Assembly: GCF_963921235.1 (NCBI RefSeq)
Contig: NC_086100.1
Span: 152,520,001-152,584,000 of the forward strand
Direction: 5' to 3'
Origin: Mobula hypostoma
Lineage: Eukaryota
DNA: 64,000 bases
Positions 1-12,849 of the stretch are shown piece after piece. The stretch's first letter is position 1. Each line of letters opens with the position of its first letter. The notes under the pieces are model-generated. The model ran no database searches, was not told the DNA's origin, and saw nothing but the letters and a program-made list of their open reading frames with translations. The position numbers and the translations under genes were made by a program.

Positions 1-778
1 GAAGGTGCAGACGAACCATCCCCTTCTGCAAGTACATGGTTCCTCTTTAGAGAAAGTTATGTGCACCAAACTCCTGCGAGTTCACATCACGGATGACCTC
101 ACCTGGTCCCTTAATATCACCTCCTGGAACAAGAAGGCACAGCAGTGCCTCCACTTCCTAAGAAGGTTGAGGCAAGTAAGGCTCCCCCACCCATTTTAAC
201 TGCGTTCTACAAGAGCACCATTGAAAGCATCCTGACAAATTGCATCTCCATCTGGTATGGGAGCAGTCGAGCATCAGACCAGGAGTCCCTATAAAGGATG
301 GAGAGAACAGCTGAGAGGATCATAGTGGTCTCCCTACCATCCATCGGGGACGTTTATTGGGGGTGCTGTGTATGTAGAGCCTTTAGTATTAATGATCCCT
401 CCCATCCATCCAACATCCTCTTTGACTTTCTACCATCAGGCAGGAGACTATGATGCATAAAAACAAGAATGATCAGGATGAGAAACAGTTTCTTCCCCGG
501 GGCCATGAGGCCTCTGAACTCCCTGCCACATTGTATTCGAAGTGTCACTGGTTAATCTGTTCCATACCTTACAATAATATTAATGCACTTCAGTTTGTTA
601 TTTGTGAATGATTCATCTGTAGATTTTATGTTTACCTTTATACGTTATCGTGTGTTGTGTGCACTACTGTGCTTTACACCCAGTTTCGGAGAAACGTCTC
701 ATTTCTATATACATTATATAGTTATATACTTTATATATGTGTATCTAGTTAAATGACAATAAACTTGACTTGACTTGA
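1..778 (+). mobile_element. Rex1/Babar-like LINE 3' fragment
   Basis: Degenerate RT C-terminus (LRVHITDDLTWS...KKAQQCLHFLRRL); ends AATAAA followed by (CTTGA)3 tail. Confidence 0.8.
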
Positions 779-883
779 AGCTGGTGATATAGTAGTCTCT
801 ATTCGGCACACAAACAGACATCATTCTTGACACACTCTCGGAAGAAGAGGATTCCTGATCCAATATTACATCACACTTTATAT

Positions 884-1165
884 GTTAAAGAACAAAGGTA
901 ACAGGGACAATTTCTGTTACCTTTGTTATAATGCCTTCATAATGCTTGTCCTGAGTTCCAGGTATTTGAAAATACCTGGATCTTCCCACCAAAAGACCAA
1001 AATGAGTATTAATACATGAGTACGGCTCACAGACAATGGTAATTAACACTCATTTTGGTCTTCTGGTGGGAAGATCCAGGTATTTGAAAATACACGTAAC
1101 TCAAGACAAGCATTATGAAGGCATTGTAACTATAGAAATAGTCCTGTTACCTTTGCATTTTAAAC
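884..1165. repeat. Long imperfect palindrome (MITE/foldback-like)
   Basis: 893-1013 is the reverse complement of 1041-1155 with a few mismatches and indels; ~27-bp spacer. Confidence 0.85.
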
Positions 1166-1484
1166 TCAGTCTACAGTCCAGTTCAGATTTGAAGACTGAT
1201 TGCTGTTGAAATTAATACTTGCTATATACGATGACTTCAGAATACACCCTAACAATAGTGACACGGAGTGGGATAATCTGTTTTGGCATTCAGTGGTGTG
1301 GGATGTTGTGACTGGCAATGTGATGGTGTAGTGTACTGCGTTAGCCAATGTGGCAGTGTTCTGTTTTGTGTTTAGCGTTGTACAGATGATAAATTGTACT
1401 TGGCAGTTTAATATTCTGGTGTACTGTGCTTGGCAATATGATGGTGCTGTAGTTCAGGTTTGGTGGTGCAACATCTTTCAAAAA

Positions 1485-1978
1485 AAGTCATCAATAACAT
1501 TGAAAGAGTAAAGATAAATTTCCAAGGGTGTTGGCAGGATTTGAGAACCTGAGTTATGGAGAAAGGTTGAACAGGTTAGGACTTTATTTCCTGCAGCGTA
1601 GGAGAATGACTGGTGATTTGATAGAGGCATATAAAATTATGAGTGGTATAGATAGGGTAAATGCAAACAGACTTTTTCCACTGAGATTTCATTCAGACTA
1701 GAACTAGAGGCCATGGGTTAAGGGTGAAAGGTGAAATATTTAAGGGGAATGGGGGGGAACTCCTTCACTCAGAGGGTGGTGTGGAATGAGCTGCCAATGG
1801 ATGTGTGGATGCATGTTTAATTTCAATATTTAAGAGAAATTTGAATAGGTACCTGGATGGGAGGGGTATGGAGTGCTAGGGTTCTGGTGCAGGTAGATGG
1901 AACTAGGCAGAATTATAGTTTGGCATTGACTAGATGGGCCAAAGGAACTGTTCTGTGCTGTAGTACTCTGAATCTATG
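1485..1978 (+). mobile_element. CR1 LINE 3' fragment
   Basis: Degenerate CR1 ORF2 end (SYGERLNRLGL...FTQRVV) plus 3' UTR. Confidence 0.8.
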
Positions 1979-2329
1979 AAGCTAAAGAGTGATAAAGCAA
2001 AGTGTTGTGCCTGCTAATATGATATACTCTTCTATTGCTATTGGCAATCTGACAGTGTCATACTATGTATTTGGGAATCGATGTTGTAAAGTGCTGTGCT
2101 TGGCAGTGCATTGGTGCGGTGCATTAGGCTGCATAATAGAGTGGCTGATAGAGCTTCAGTGTAAAGATGGTGTTACATTGTGTTTGGCGATGTGAACGCA
2201 TGGAGCATGGAACCAGCCCTGTGATAGTGTGCTTGCAATAGTGAGGGCGGGTTGTTTGGCCTTTCATAAAATGAAAGTACAGTGTCTTGTGTTAGGCAGT
2301 GGGATTTTGTTCTGTGCTATGTTTTGCAG

Positions 2330-2430
2330 GTTGTAATCCAGGGAGTGGGAGGCGCAGAATCAAATATCGCTGTGATGATTGTACGTTCTAGTACAAATTG
2401 TTTGGCGACAATGAAGTATAAAGTATAAAG
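2330..2430 (+). mobile_element. LINE 3' tail (same family as 9152-9440)
   Basis: Matches 9345-9440 (ccagggagtg...gcgcagaatcaaatat...gacaat); short tandem tail. Confidence 0.7.
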
Positions 2431-2982
2431 GTTGATTATATGGTGTCTTGTATTTTACAATTCTTCAGTCTGAGTACTTGCAGCATTTTATATTTTTGTT
2501 TCAGATTTCCAGCACCTGCAGAAATTTTTTTCTCTTTGGTGAGGCAATGTCTTGAGTTTGCCAGAGGGCTGGTGTGCTGTCTTGTGTTTGGAATTGTGAA
2601 AACATAGAATATAGCATTTGGCAGTGTACTGGTGTGGTATACTGGGGTGTCTAGTAAAGTAATTGTATGGAACACTATTTAGCAGCCTCATGGTGTGATA
2701 CTACATGCTTTGTAGTTTGCCATTCAATACCTTAGAGTTTTGTTTGGCATTGTAATGTTGCTTTGTATTGGACTGAACAGATGTTTGACGTGGAATGTTG
2801 TGTCTGACAGGGAGGTGCTGTAGATTTTGTGTTTATATGCAGGGTAGTCCTGTGTATTGTTCTTCTAGTATAACACTGTGTGCGTTGTGTTTGTCAGGTT
2901 GGTGGTCTGGTGTATTGTCATTATAAATCTGATGGTGTGGAGTACTGAGTTTGTTTTACAGTGGAGTAGTATTGATCTTGTG

Positions 2983-3293
2983 TGGGCACATGACCAAGTG
3001 GTTAAGACATTGAACTAGCGACCTGAAGGTCGTGAGTTCGAGCCCCAGCCGAGGAAACGTGTTGTGTCCTTGAGCAAGGCACTTAATCACACATTGCTCT
3101 GCGACAACACTGGTGCCAAGCTGGATGGGTCCTAATGCCCTTCCTTTGGACAACATTGGTGTCGTGGAGAGGGGAGACTTGCAGCATGGGCAACTGCTGG
3201 TCTTCCATACAACCTTGCCCAGGCCTGCGCCCTGGAGAGTGAAGACTTTCCAGGCGCAGATCCATGGTCTCGCAAGACTAACGGATGCCTTTA
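2983..3293 (+). mobile_element. tRNA-derived SINE with CORE-like segment
   Basis: A-box TGACCAAGTGG, B-box GTTCGAGCC, then GTGTCCTTGAGCAAGGCACTTAA. Confidence 0.8.
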
Positions 3294-3341
3294 CTTAGTA
3301 TTGATCTTGGCACCGTGTTGCTGTTGTGTTATATTTGCTGG

Positions 3342-3797
3342 TACGATGAAAGACTGGATCGACTAGGCTTATACTCTCTGGAATTTAGAAGATTGAGAGG
3401 GGATCTTATTGAAACGTATAAAATTCTAAAGGGATTGGACAGACTAGATGTAGGAAGATTGTTCCCGATGTTGGGGAAGTCCAGAACGAGGGGTCACAGT
3501 TTGAGGATAACGGGGAAGCCTTTTAGGACCGAGATGAGGAAAAACTTCTTCACACAGAGAGTGGTGAATCTGTGGAATTCTCTGCCACAGGAAACAGTTG
3601 AGGCCAGTTCATTGGCTATATTTAAGAGGGAGTTAGATATGTCCCTTGTGGCTAAAGGGATCAGGGGGTATGGAGAGAAGACAGGTACAGGGTTCTGAGT
3701 TGGATGATCAGCCATGATCGTACTAAGTGGCGGTGCAGGCTCGAAGGGCTGAATGGCCTACTCCTGCACCTATTTTCTATGTTTCTATGTTTCTATG
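3342..3797 (+). mobile_element. Young 5'-truncated CR1 LINE
   Basis: Open ORF2 end (YDERLDRLGLYSLEFRRLRGDLIETYKI); (TTTCTATG)n tail; same family as 58276-59703. Confidence 0.92.
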
Positions 3798-4734
3798 ATG
3801 ACGTGGTGTTTGTGGGTGGCTGTGTGGTGGAACAGATACTGTCCTACTTGTAGTTAACTTGTATTAATTAGTAATAACTAGTATTTTAACTACTATAATT
3901 TAATAGTTTTATTATATCTCTAAGTTAGCGAGGCTTTTTCAAATTGTCCTTCAAGCTTTTGCAGCGGACGCATCAGAGAGTGTACAGACACAAAATGCTG
4001 GAGGAACTTTTAAAATTCTTCAGAGAGTGTTCAGTGTGGGTTGCAAATCTGTTGAAACCTCAAGAGCCTTTTTATTCCTGCAATACAAGGTCCGCTTTCA
4101 AATATTCTTTTGGTTCTCCCGTCAGCTGATGCTTATACAGTGAAGTGCTTCCGTCTCTGGATCCTGACTTTGTGCCATTTACTGTGATTGACAGACTTGA
4201 AATGTGGAGGAGAATTATGTCAAATTTAATGCACCAAAACAAGTTATTTACTGGATTTTTTAACAGTGTTTCTGCTTTCTTGAACCTCTTCTCACTCCTT
4301 CTAAAATTCCATCAAATTTTCTAACCTGGTCTCTCTCACAGACTTCTCCTATCTCCCTCTAAGTACATATGTGCTGTTCGGCTAAACCTCATGTTGTGTG
4401 TCTGAATTCTGCATTCTCTCAGCTCTCCGAGATGTAGATTTCTTCTTCATTCTTTCATCGGATTATTGGAGACTTTATTAAGAAATTAAAAGATTTAGTG
4501 TTTTGCTCTACCATAAAAAATAAATATATTCTCCTTGATTAGAAGTTTTAATAAATTTCAGGACCTCTAACAGATTTTGCCGATGTTTTCTCCTAGTTAT
4601 TGAAGACAGCTCTAACCAGCTCAGTGTTCTAGTGACCATACTTGCAGGATCTTTTTCATCTTTGTTCTCATCTGTTTTTGTGTGTAACCACATTTTTAGT
4701 TGTATTCTGCGAACTTGATTCTCATGGTAATAAA

Positions 4735-5300
4735 TTAGACCATAAGACAAAGGAGCAGAATCAAGCTATTTGGCCCATTGAGTCTGTTCACCATTCAATC
4801 ATGGCTGACTTATTATCCCTCTCAACCCGATGCTCCTCCCTTCTCCCTGTAATCATTGATGTCCCTACTAATCAAGGGCCCATCAACCTCTGCTTTAAAT
4901 ATAGTCAATCACTTGGCCTCCAAGCCACCAGTGGCAATGAATTCCACAGTCACCACCTCTGGCTAAAGAAATTCCTTCTCATCTTTGTTCCAAAGAGACA
5001 TCCTTCCATTCTGAGGCTGTGTCCTCTGGTCTTCCACGATAGGAAACATCCTCTCCATGTCTATCTATTTCAGCCTTTCACTATTCGATAGGACTCAATA
5101 AGATTCTCGACCCCATTCTTCTTAACTACAGTGAGTACAGGCCCAGGGCTATCAAGTGTTTCCCTTTCATTTCCGGGATCATTCTCGTAAACCTCCTTTG
5201 GACACTCTCCAATGCCAGCACATCCTTTCTCAGATAAGATGCCCAAAACTGCTCACCATACTCCAACTGTGGTCAGACCAATGCCTTATAAAGCCTCAGT
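4735..5300 (-). mobile_element. CR1 LINE 3' fragment
   Basis: Reverse-complement CR1 tail (agaccataagac...ggagcagaat) and ORF2 remnants. Confidence 0.8.
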
Positions 5301-5989
5301 TTTGTTTTACTGAGTCTTGAGAACATAAATTGTATGCAGCAGTAGGAAAGGACTACTTGGCCCCTCAACACTGGTCCATCACAGAATAAGATCACATTCA
5401 CGACCTTCAGATGCCACAAACCAGGGATGATCCTTTAAACCCTTGCTTAACAAATACTATACACCTGCCTTAAAAGCCTCTGTTTCCACTTCCACAAAAA
5501 CTCTAGTACCAAGGACTTACAACCCTTTGAGTGAAAGATCACTTCACCATGTCCCCTTATTTTTAAACTTTATATTCAACCAGTTAAATCAGTCATTAAT
5601 TAATGAGCTAGTAACTGTAATCAGTAAAACATTGATTTGATTTACCAATGTTTTTCTGCTGTATATATTGTACCTGGGCTGGCCTCTGTGATTTCAGATC
5701 CACCAATTAGCTAGCCTTTTAAAGGTCCTCTCCTGCTTCCGAATGCCCAATCTATGTACAGCCTGTATATAAGAACAAGTATTTGGGAGAGAAACGAGAT
5801 GGAGTTACTGACTATTGCTTGGCTTCAGGCAACTGTTCTTGACACTAGCTGTAATCTTGCCACATCAAATCCAAGTGGAATACATTCTAGTTTATATAAT
5901 TTTTATGTGAATCCTATCTAAAGACTCGCCATCCGAGCCCACAACAGTGTTCTTTTTAAAAGTGAGATATAGCATTTTTGGGTGGGGGG

Positions 5990-6342
5990 CGGTGGGTGAG
6001 AGTGGAGACGTATCTCTACCAAAGGAGGTGTAAGGCACTCCTTCTCTCCACGAGCCTGCAGATCACCCTTGGGCAAGGTACAGCACCTGCTTAGCCCCCT
6101 GATCAGGAGCACATGAAGCCATGGGAGCAGGTGGATGGCTGTATGAACAGCTGATGTATATAGCAAGTCCTGGTAATGCGACCACTGACACCAGACAGAT
6201 AATGGCTTGGGTCACCTATCTTGTAAAGACACTGCCCAGAAGAAGGCAGTGGCAAGCTACCTCTGTAGAAAAATTTGCCAAGAACAATCTTGGTCATGGA
6301 AATACCATGAACATCTACGTCATATGACATGACACATAATAG
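5990..6342 (+). mobile_element. SINE-like repeat with RTE-type 3' segment
   Basis: GAAGGCAGTGGCAAGCTACCTCTG...TTGCCAAGAACAATC resembles RTE-derived SINE tails. Confidence 0.55.
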
Positions 6343-6959
6343 CATTTAAAACGTCATCTGCAATAAAATCTTTTAAAAGAATATCATAAATAGCCCAAGA
6401 TAGGCTAAATTTGTGAAAATCAGCTTTAAAATTAAGAATGGAAAAACATGATTTAAAATGCCTCTCTAGACCATAGGCATCTCCTGCCATGTAAAATCTC
6501 AGTTTGTGGCGCATTTCTGTCCTGTGACCTGTTTAGGTTATGAACAGTTCTCATGAAAGGAGCCCTTCCTTAACCTAGGGAGGACCTGTAATCATCTTCC
6601 TTGTTCAGGAGTGGACAAATTTCCAACATTTCCAATGATGTCTATGTCTTATAAACATAACCCCAACCTGAGGCTCCATGTTAACAGTGCTAAAGCCCTT
6701 TAGCCCATTGGTTTGTGTATCCCAGTGTCAACAGACTCAGCAACATGGAAAAGTTTCCAGGTATGTTTGGGTCTTCTTTTGACCCAGATAAAATGCTGAG
6801 GCTATATGCCATTACACTTGCATGTTAGAGTGGAATGTTTCTTTGCTGACTTCACATCTGCTGTGTGATGAGCTGCAAATAAAAGACTAAGCCTTTCTGC
6901 TTATAAGGTTGAGCTGGAAATAAGGAGAACTAAACTTGCAGTGTTGTCCTGCTTTTCGA

Positions 6960-7580
6960 GACATCATCAGAAGTTTGAGTCCAAAGCTCCACACAGGCCC
7001 AAAAAGAGGAATTGGGATAAAAATATTTTAAAGGACAAAATATTCTTTGGCAAAGGGAGCAAATCAATTCAGTAGAAGTTATGTCTAAGTTTTAGTTAGA
7101 CCTTGAGAGGAGAATTTCAGAAAACTCTTTATGGAGACAAAAGGAAGAAGCCAGACTCTATGGCTTACGTTATGAGGAGAATATAGATACTAAAGCTATC
7201 TCCTGGAATATGGAAAGTTCAGGGTTGATCATTTTCAAGTTTTCAAAGCATTAAGGAAGAAATGACAGGAAAATAAATCAAGACTAAGTCTTACTCCTGA
7301 AAGGAAAGTCCAGGACAAAGGGAATAGTCTAAATATCAGCAAGACTTTTCAGGGGTGAAAGTGGCAAAGTGCTTTCAAAAAGGAATAGACATGTGAAAAT
7401 CTCTTTGGAAAATAACAATTGACATTAAGTGTTAATTTTGGTTGATTGATAGATTTGAGTTTACCCAAAGATGTTGAAGGATATGACTGAAATGCAAGCT
7501 TATGAAATAGACACAGATGAGCTATGACGTATTGAATGACTGAAGGCTTCAGAGGTTAAATAACTCATTTTGCTGTAAAT
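6960..7580 (+). mobile_element. Old degenerate CR1 fragment
   Basis: Residual 'gttagaccttgag', 'ttatgaggaga' and 'gtccaggacaaagggaatagtctaaa' CR1 landmarks. Confidence 0.55.
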
Positions 7581-7837
7581 TGGATGATGCATAAAATCAT
7601 ATTAGTATATAGCTTATGGACAGTATAATGCTGTGGTGTTGATATCAGTCCCAGTGTCTCTACAGTAGACACTATGTCTCTACAGCTGTTATCAAATCAA
7701 ATTTGGAAAATGTAGATCAAATAAAATAAAAACTAAGCAAATAACTTTCCTCATATTTTGCATTGCATTAATTTTGTGAAAATTCTCTCCCTCCTCTCTT
7801 CTACCTAATTTATTTTTGTTTCTTTCTTGCGGATTAG

Positions 7838-7990
7838 TCCAGCTTTTACAGCAGTTTTGTCGATGAACTGACAGAGTATCAAACAAAGAGTGTACTTGCA
7901 ACCCCTATAATGAATGGGAAGGATGTTGTTGCTGTGATAATGGCAACCAATAAAACAGATGGATCTCATTTCACTGAAGATGATGAAGAT
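7838..7990 (+). CDS. PDE6A: PDE6A exon 2 (153 bp), GAF-A
   Basis: ttag|TCC...GAT|gtaagt; [51 protein letters not shown] (NKxxxxxFxxxDE motif). Confidence 0.92.
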
Positions 7991-8085
7991 GTAAGTCTTC
8001 CCATGTATCTGTAAAAACAAGTTCTTATATAAAATAAGTATGTTTGTATTGGTTTATTTACAGAGCATAATCTGTTTTCTTTCAG

Positions 8086-8175
8086 CTTTTCTTGAAATAC
8101 CTCAACTTTGCCAGTTTGAACCTCAAAATCTATCATCTGAGCTACCTTCACAACTGTGAAACCAGAAGAGGCCAG
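8086..8175 (+). CDS. PDE6A: PDE6A exon 3 (90 bp)
   Basis: ttcag|CTT...CAG|gtaaag; [30 protein letters not shown]. Confidence 0.95.
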
Positions 8176-8432
8176 GTAAAGAAAATTAAAAATAAACATT
8201 TCCGGACAGGGGAAGTCTAAAATAAAAACAAAAAGTACTAGAAAAACTCAGCAGGTCTGACAACATCTGTGGAAAGAGAAAGAGTTGGTATTTCAGGTTG
8301 AATAGATTGTCGTAGAAATGGATCTTTGATCTTCAAGTTTGTTTCTCTTCCACAGGTTTTTCCTTAAAGTTTCCAGCATTTTTGGTTTTTATTTGAGCTG
8401 AGGCAAAATTTCTGTTGAGATTTCTTACTGTT

Positions 8433-9151
8433 ATCTTTGCTGCATTCCCAAGGAATATTATTATGATTATGATCAAGGAATGCATAGATTTTGAAAAGGT
8501 TGTAATTTTCATAATATTACATTGGGAATGTGGAACTACTGTTACATTACATGAAGTGCTCACATACCCTATTCACACTCCAAGAAAAGCCAGTTGCTTG
8601 GTGTTCACTTACATTACTGTGACATATAATTTAACACAAATGAAGAAAATTTCCAAATTAGCAGAATCAGTCACTGGGTTTTGGAAGTAGTTTATTTTTA
8701 TTTCTTTTTCTTCAATTTATACATAGGTCATGAGCATTATTGACAAGTTCAGCATTTATTATCCATCCTGATTGCCCTTAGGATAGTTGTAGGAAACCAC
8801 CTTTGTGGAGTGTGGTGGTCTATGAGATGATGGTACTTCCAGAGTAGTGAGTTTAAGGACTTGCATAAATTAACAACTGGAATTATATATTTTAAAGGCA
8901 AAGATGGTCTATGACTTGGAGGGAACCTGATTACATTTCTGTCAAGGTGTCAATGATAGTTGCTTCATGGTGTTTCAGTTTATTACTACAATGTATACTA
9001 CTAACACTGTGAACTTCACATGAACAGGGAATTCCATTGCACACCAGTGTATGTACAATAATCTTTGCTGCATTCCCAAGGAATATTATTATGGTTATGA
9101 TCAAGGAATGCATAGATTTTGAAAAGGTTGTAATTTTCATAATATTACATT
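8433..9151 (+). repeat. 91-bp direct repeat pair (8433-8523 and 9061-9151)
   Basis: Identical except one A/G mismatch. Confidence 0.95.
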
Positions 9152-9440
9152 AGGGAACAGATTTGGGAACAGCTTCTTTCCAACTGTGATAAGACTGCTG
9201 AACGGATCCTGACCCGGATCTGGGCTGTACCCTCCAATTATCCAGACCTGCCGCTTGGTTTTTTTTTTGCACTACCTTACTTTTCCTTTTCTATTTTCTA
9301 TTTATGATTTATAATTTAAATTTTATTATATTTACTATCGATTTGTACTCCAGGGAGTGCAAAGCGCAGAATCAAATATTGCTGTGGTGATTGTACGCTC
9401 TAGTATCAATTGTTTAGTGACAATAAAGTAATAAAGTAAT
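9152..9440 (+). mobile_element. Truncated Rex1-like LINE 3' end
   Basis: FGNSFFPTVIRLLN coding remnant, then 3' UTR and (AATAAAGT)n tail. Confidence 0.75.
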
Positions 9441-9449
9441 AGTCTAAAC

Positions 9450-9600
9450 TACATGCATGTATTTGGGATATGGGAGGAACCAAGAGCACCTGGAGGAAAC
9501 CTATGCCATCACAGGGGAACATGCAAACTCCACACAGACAGCACTTAATGTCAGGATTAAACTTTGGTCTCGGGCATTGTGAGGCAGCAGATTTGTTGCT
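9450..9600 (-). mobile_element. V-SINE (HE1-like) fragment
   Basis: Reverse of tgtgtggagtttgcatgttcccctgtg...ggtttcctccaggtgctc V-domain. Confidence 0.75.
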
Positions 9601-9727
9601 ACCTCCAAAATGGTGCCTGATTTGTTGGATATTTCTAGCAATTGTTGCTATATTATGCATTTCTAGCATTTAGTTTCATATCCACTCTTTTTATTCTAAT
9701 ATCGTGATATTTTTTCCATTGCTATAG

Positions 9728-9868
9728 GTTCTTTTATGGTCGGCTAACAAAGTATTTGAGGAGCTGACAGATATTGAGCGCCAGTTTCACAAGGCTCTTT
9801 ATACAGTGAGAGCTTACCTGAACTGTGAGAGATACTCAGTTGCACTGCTAGACATGACCAAGAAGAAG
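9728..9868 (+). CDS. PDE6A: PDE6A exon 4 (141 bp), GAF-B
   Basis: atag|GTT...AAG|gtttgg; [47 protein letters not shown]. Confidence 0.95.
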
Positions 9869-11570
9869 GTTTGGATCGTGCTATGTTTATTATATTGATT
9901 TAAGTACCACATCATTGAGAACCATTGAATTGGATCTTGTCTACTATGAAATCATTTATGTGTCTGAATATTACTTTACAGAAATTTAGGCTTTACCCTA
10001 TTCACAAATTCTTTCCTAAGCCAAACACTTAGGGTTCAGTTGAGTTCGTTTGCAGTAATCCTGATGTATTGACGACATAACTCTACTGGGGCTGGTGCAG
10101 CCACCACAAATACTCTGCAGAGAGAGGTTACAGTATAAGGCCTCCTGCCTTTGCACACTGAGGGTCTGGATCATGTAATTTGGTCATGGAATGAATGTAG
10201 ATGAAAACATGATGCCATTTTATTTAATGGTGGAATGATATATCTTGGCTACATATAGTACTAAACATATTTATTAAATATTTAGTTTTATTGTAGATAA
10301 GGCTGTTTCTCGTGATAAAAGAAAAACACTAATACAACTATATTCTACTTGTAATATAGATAGTGAATGAGACAGCTAATTCACCTCTGTGATGGTATTG
10401 GCTTTGCTGTCTGTGAAATTCTAAACTCAAATGAAGATGTTAAGCCCTATTTGATATAGATAGCTATGGGTACCCCCACTAAAGAGAGGTTATATTGTAG
10501 CCACTTATTCTTTAAAAGCTAGATCACTTGCCTTGTTATCTTCCATAGCAAGTTTAACTGCCAGTACCCCGTATTTGAATGGTGTGTCCCCTTTTCACAT
10601 AGATGATCCAAAAGCTTCTGGAGACGGAGTTCTCAGACAAACAAAATTAACACTGTGAAGGGTGATCCTCTGAGTACAGAAATCTTTCAACTATTGATGG
10701 ATAAACGATTTGCTCTGCTAAGTGACAGTATCAATTTGGTCTGCAAACCTCCTTGAACTTAATAATTTTGCCAATGTTGTCTGGTTTGATACAGACCCAA
10801 TTAACAATCCCACTGTCTTACACTGCATCTCTTAAGCAATCAGCCTCATGCTGTGGATCATCAGTCTAAGCTCTATAAACAGTTTGCTAACTGTCCTTTT
10901 AACTTCCGAGTGATTATTGCTTGCCATTTACATCAAGAACTGAAGACTGGCTCCCATTTATGACATGGGGCTGAACAAGTATTATTGGTTGGAAGTCTAC
11001 CTTACTCAAAAACAACCCTTTGATCTCTACAAGCGTCAGCTGCTGTATTAAAAAGCTGAGTTTGGCAGAAAGGTGTCCTGGCCCTAGACAGTGAATATCC
11101 ATCACATCTGCAAGCCCACCAAGCTCTATAGTCATTAGATATCCATTGATGCTTACTTTCACTGGTTAGCAATGCCGAGTGGGGGCCTTGGTTGATTTCA
11201 TTTATGTATCCCAGTGACACAGGCTCATTGCAGCTTTGGCAAGGAACTTCAAGCTAAACTGATAGTGCAACCTATAGACTTGATAATAAAATTGCCTTTG
11301 TTGGTGATGCATTCGCTAAGAAAACCTTATGTCATCTTTATTGTGGTAATAAAATAAGGTAAAAGGTAATTTAAAAAAATTAAAATGGTTTAGGTTTAAT
11401 TGGGGTTCTATTGGTCTATGTTGCATTAAAGTAAAATCTACTCTACAATTAAACAAATATAGAATAAAGCTATATAAATCTGAAGTTCATAACTTCACAT
11501 TTCCAAATTTGTCATTGCTTAACACATTATTAATTAGTTTTGTATTCCTGAAGCTGTGACTTATATTTAA

Positions 11571-12540
11571 TAGTCATAGTCATACTTTATTGATCCTAGG
11601 GGAAACTAGTTTTCGTTACAGTTGCACCATAAATATTTAAATAGTAATGGTACCATAAATAGTTAAATAGTAATATGTAAATTATGCCAGTAAGTTATGA
11701 AATAATTCCAGGACCAGCCTATTGGCTCAGGGTATCTGACCCTCCAAGGGAGGAGTTGTAAAGTTTGATGGCCACAGGCAGGAATGACTTCCTATGACGC
11801 TCTGTGCTGCATCTCGGTGGAATGAGTCTCTGGCTGAATGTACTCCTGTGCCCACCCAGTACATTATGTAGTGGATGGGAGACATTGTCCAAGATGGCAT
11901 GCAACTTAGACAGCATCCTCTTTTCAGACACCACCGTGAGAGAGTCTAGTTCCATTCCCACAACATCACTGGCCTTACGAATAAGTTTGTTGATTCTGTT
12001 GGTGTCTGCCACCCTCAGCCTGCTGCCCCAGCACACAACAGCAAACATGATAGCACTGGCTACCACAGACTCGTATAACATCCTCAGCATCGTCCAGCAG
12101 ATGTTAAAGGACCTCAGTCTCCTCAGGAAATAGAGATGGCTCTGACCCTTCTTGTAGACAGCTTCAGTGTTCTTTGACCAGTCCAGTTTATTGTCAATTC
12201 GTATCCCCAGGTATTTGTAATCCTCCACCATGTCCACACTGACCCCCGGATGGAAACAGGGGTCACCGGTACTTTAGCTCTCCTCAGGTCTACCACCAGC
12301 TCCTTAGTCTTTTTCACATTAAGTTACAGATAATTCTGCTCACACCATGTGACAAAGTTTCTTACCATAGCCCTGTACTCAGCCTCATCTCCCTTGCTGA
12401 TGCATCCAACTATGGCAGAGTCATCAGAAAACTTCTGAAGATGACAAGACTCTGTGCAGTAGTTGAAGTCCGAGGTGTAAATGGTGAAGAGAAAGGGAGA
12501 CAAGACAGTCCCCTGTGGAGCCCCAGTGCTGCTGACCTTG
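11571..12540 (-). mobile_element. Young Rex1/Babar-like LINE, 5' truncated
   Basis: RT motifs TGAPQGTVLSPFLF and QKFSDD, C-terminal ORF of 172 aa; (GACTAT)n tail. Confidence 0.9.
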
Positions 12541-12774
12541 ATGGAAACCATGATTGATAGTCTATGCTGTAACAGTAATAGCTTTTACTGTGTCACTGGT
12601 AATCTATGATAAACAATGGATACCATAGATCAGTAGGATCTTGTCTCCCCTGTGACTATCTCATCGATATTTTCATGGCCATGTGTTGCTTTCTCTTGTG
12701 ATGACAAATTAACAGGCCCAATATACAGTTTCATAACAATAGATTCTACATCTTTTTTTACATTTCGTTTGCAG

Positions 12775-12849
12775 GAGTTCTTTGACCTATGGCCTGAACA
12801 GATGGGTGAAGTTCCTCCCTACCAAGGTCCCAGAACACCAGATGGCAGA
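12775..12849 (+). CDS. PDE6A: PDE6A exon 5 (75 bp)
   Basis: gcag|GAG...AGA|gtacgt; [25 protein letters not shown]. Confidence 0.95.

Larger units (their letters stand above)
1250..3840 (+). repeat. Ancient degenerate ~30-bp GT-rich tandem array interrupted by TEs
   Basis: TTGGCA-like anchor recurs about every 30 bp (~1283, 1313, 1343, 1373, 1401, 1431, 1461; 2041, 2071, 2100; 2588, 2618, 2648, 2678). Confidence 0.6.

Noticed and set aside
2983-3055. tRNA genes here and at 16128 and 22461
   Set aside because: Pol III boxes continue into SINE bodies; no complete cloverleaf
7831-7836. CRX/OTX site GGATTA and other scattered TAATCC hexamers
   Set aside because: Expected by chance; this one overlaps the splice acceptor; the promoter is outside the window
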